Below are positions 62,552 through 64,000 of a stretch of DNA of 64,000 nt, one piece after another. The DNA comes from Polyangiaceae bacterium (GTDB lineage Bacteria > Myxococcota_A > Polyangia > Polyangiales > Polyangiaceae). The stretch is from contig CBDCTZ010000016.1 in the NCBI GenBank assembly GCA_965222375.1, positions 2,784,001 through 2,848,000 on the forward strand. Reading direction: 5' to 3'. A model generated the notes under the pieces. It did no database searches. It saw only the letters and a program-made list of their open reading frames with translations, and was not told the DNA's origin. A program made the translations under genes and the position numbers. Numbering within the stretch: the stretch's first letter is position 1; the number at the start of each line of letters is the position of its first letter.

Positions 62552-64000
62552 ATGGGCAACAGACTTCGACAGATTTGGATTGGCGTGGCCGCGGCGTTGC
62601 TTGTCGCCGCCTCAGGTTGTGGTGACTCCAGTTCCGATGGCGGTGGAACTGCGGCGCAGGCTGGCGTTTCGGGAGGGCAAGGGGGCTCGTCGGCCGGAGG
62701 TGCAGGAGGCTCTCCCTCTGGAGGCGCCAGCGGAGCGATCGGAACCGGCGCGGTTGGCGCCACCGGCGGCGGCGCCGGAACCGGTGCCGCCAGTTCCGGT
62801 GGCGTGGGAGCCGGGGGCGGCTCGAACGGGAGCTGCGCGGGCATTTGCAATAGCGCCAATCCCGCGCCGGGCAGCAGCCCGCCTTGTTTTTGCGACGGCA
62901 ATTGTCACGCTGCGGGTGACTGCTGCACGGACAAGGTCGCCCTCTGCGGCTCTGCCGGCACCGGAGGTGTTGGCGGCACTGGAGGTGTTGGCGGCACTGG
63001 AGGTGTCGGTGGTGGTGGCGGTTGCAGTCAGGCGACTTGCTTCAACGGCTGTTGCGACGCGGCAGGCAGTTGTCTGACGGGAAATCACCAAACCAACGCA
63101 AGCTGCGGCATGCGGGGAACCTCCTGTGTCGACTGCACGAAGTTGGGGAGCGTTTGCGGAGCGGCCAACGTGTGCTCCGAATGCAAGCCAATCTGCGTCG
63201 GCAAGAAATGTGGTGACCCCGACGGTTGCGGTGGCGTGTGCAAGCTCGATTGCCCCAACGGGAAATTCTGCGCCGTTGACAAGCTGTACCAGGTGGCTCA
63301 GTGCCTGCCCTGCAACTCGAAGACCTGCACCGGTTGCTGCACGCCAGAGGGAAAGTGCCTGTCCGGCGCGGAGCGTAGCTCCTGCGGCAAGTTTGGCGAA
63401 TCATGCAAGGACTGTGGCGCCCAGGCCTGCAACATCACCTTGTCGGGCTCGACCCTGGTCGGATCTTGTGGGCCGTGCGGTCAAAACTGCAGCGGATCCA
63501 AGTGTCGCGATGACGGATGCGGAAAGCTGTGTCCAGGAGCGACTTGCCCACAGGGGGCGGGCCCCCAAGAATGCCGTCTCGATTCCAAGGGCGAGGCCAT
63601 GTGCCAAGCCACGGATTATTGCGATCCGTTCTCATGCGCGAGTGGGTGTTGTGACTACTCCAAGAGCATTAACGGCACCTGCATGACAGGCAACCTGCCG
63701 GCTGCCTGTGGAACCTCCGCAATCAGCTGCGTCAATTGTGTTGCCAAAGGCGGAAGCTGCGACGTCAAGACGCAGACGTGCACTAACTGCACGCCAACTT
63801 GTGGGACCAACAGTTGCGGCAAAGAGGACGGCTGTGGCGGGATCTGCACCGGGAGCAAAGGAGCCGACTGCAAGCAGCCGGGCAATGACCCCAGCCTGAG
63901 CTGCAGCGAAGAGGGCAGCTGTGCCTGTTCCGGCAACGCAGAGCTACATTGCTACGATCCCGCGACCAAGAAGAACAAATGCGTCAATGCGCTGTCCGAC
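62552..64000 (+). CDS. Gly/Cys-rich lipoprotein with somatomedin-B-like module; 3' end runs off the window
   Basis: MGNRLRQIWIGVAAALLVAASGC lipobox, Gly-rich linker with GTGGVG repeats, then Cys-rich repeats (DGCG..C). Absent from the ORF track because no stop lies in the window. Confidence 0.8.
   Translation, partial: MGNRLRQIWIGVAAALLVAASGCGDSSSDGGGTAAQAGVSGGQGGSSAGGAGGSPSGGASGAIGTGAVGATGGGAGTGAASSGGVGAGGGSNGSCAGICNSANPAPGSSPPCFCDGNCHAAGDCCTDKVALCGSAGTGGVGGTGGVGGTGGVGGGGGCSQATCFNGCCDAAGSCLTGNHQTNASCGMRGTSCVDCTKLGSVCGAANVCSECKPICVGKKCGDPDGCGGVCKLDCPNGKFCAVDKLYQVAQCLPCNSKTCTGCCTPEGKCLSGAERSSCGKFGESCKDCGAQACNITLSGSTLVGSCGPCGQNCSGSKCRDDGCGKLCPGATCPQGAGPQECRLDSKGEAMCQATDYCDPFSCASGCCDYSKSINGTCMTGNLPAACGTSAISCVNCVAKGGSCDVKTQTCTNCTPTCGTNSCGKEDGCGGICTGSKGADCKQPGNDPSLSCSEEGSCACSGNAELHCYDPATKKNKCVNALSD

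Overview
A GC-rich bacterial window whose gene content (MYXO-CTERM protein, Cys/Gly-rich lipoproteins, membrane Ser/Thr kinase) points to a myxobacterium, probably Polyangiaceae-like (inference). Core metabolism: sucA-sucB, lpdA, fadI-fadJ, acyl-CoA dehydrogenase, fhs and a 1-Cys peroxiredoxin. Redox/anaerobic-type enzymes: a Nas/Nap-like molybdoenzyme with altered catalytic motifs, an NfnAB-type fusion with a ferritin-like tail, and a 2-hydroxyacyl-CoA dehydratase activator. Also several peptidases and an AAC(3)-IV-like acetyltransferase. Two insertion sequences have visible target duplications. The IS21 (22435-25646, CGTTCT) splits a Kunitz-domain lipoprotein gene. The IS1182-like element (48764-50447, CTAG) sits on the fadJ stop codon. 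The most striking item is a predicted lipoprotein (53152-54417, minus) that matches the animal secretory-pathway kinase family Fam20 motif by motif. It lies head-to-head with an exported polysaccharide deacetylase and beside Cys-rich surface proteins. Several gene fragments and frameshifts are present. I recognised no rRNA, tRNA or CRISPR array. All family assignments come from motif recognition, not database searches.
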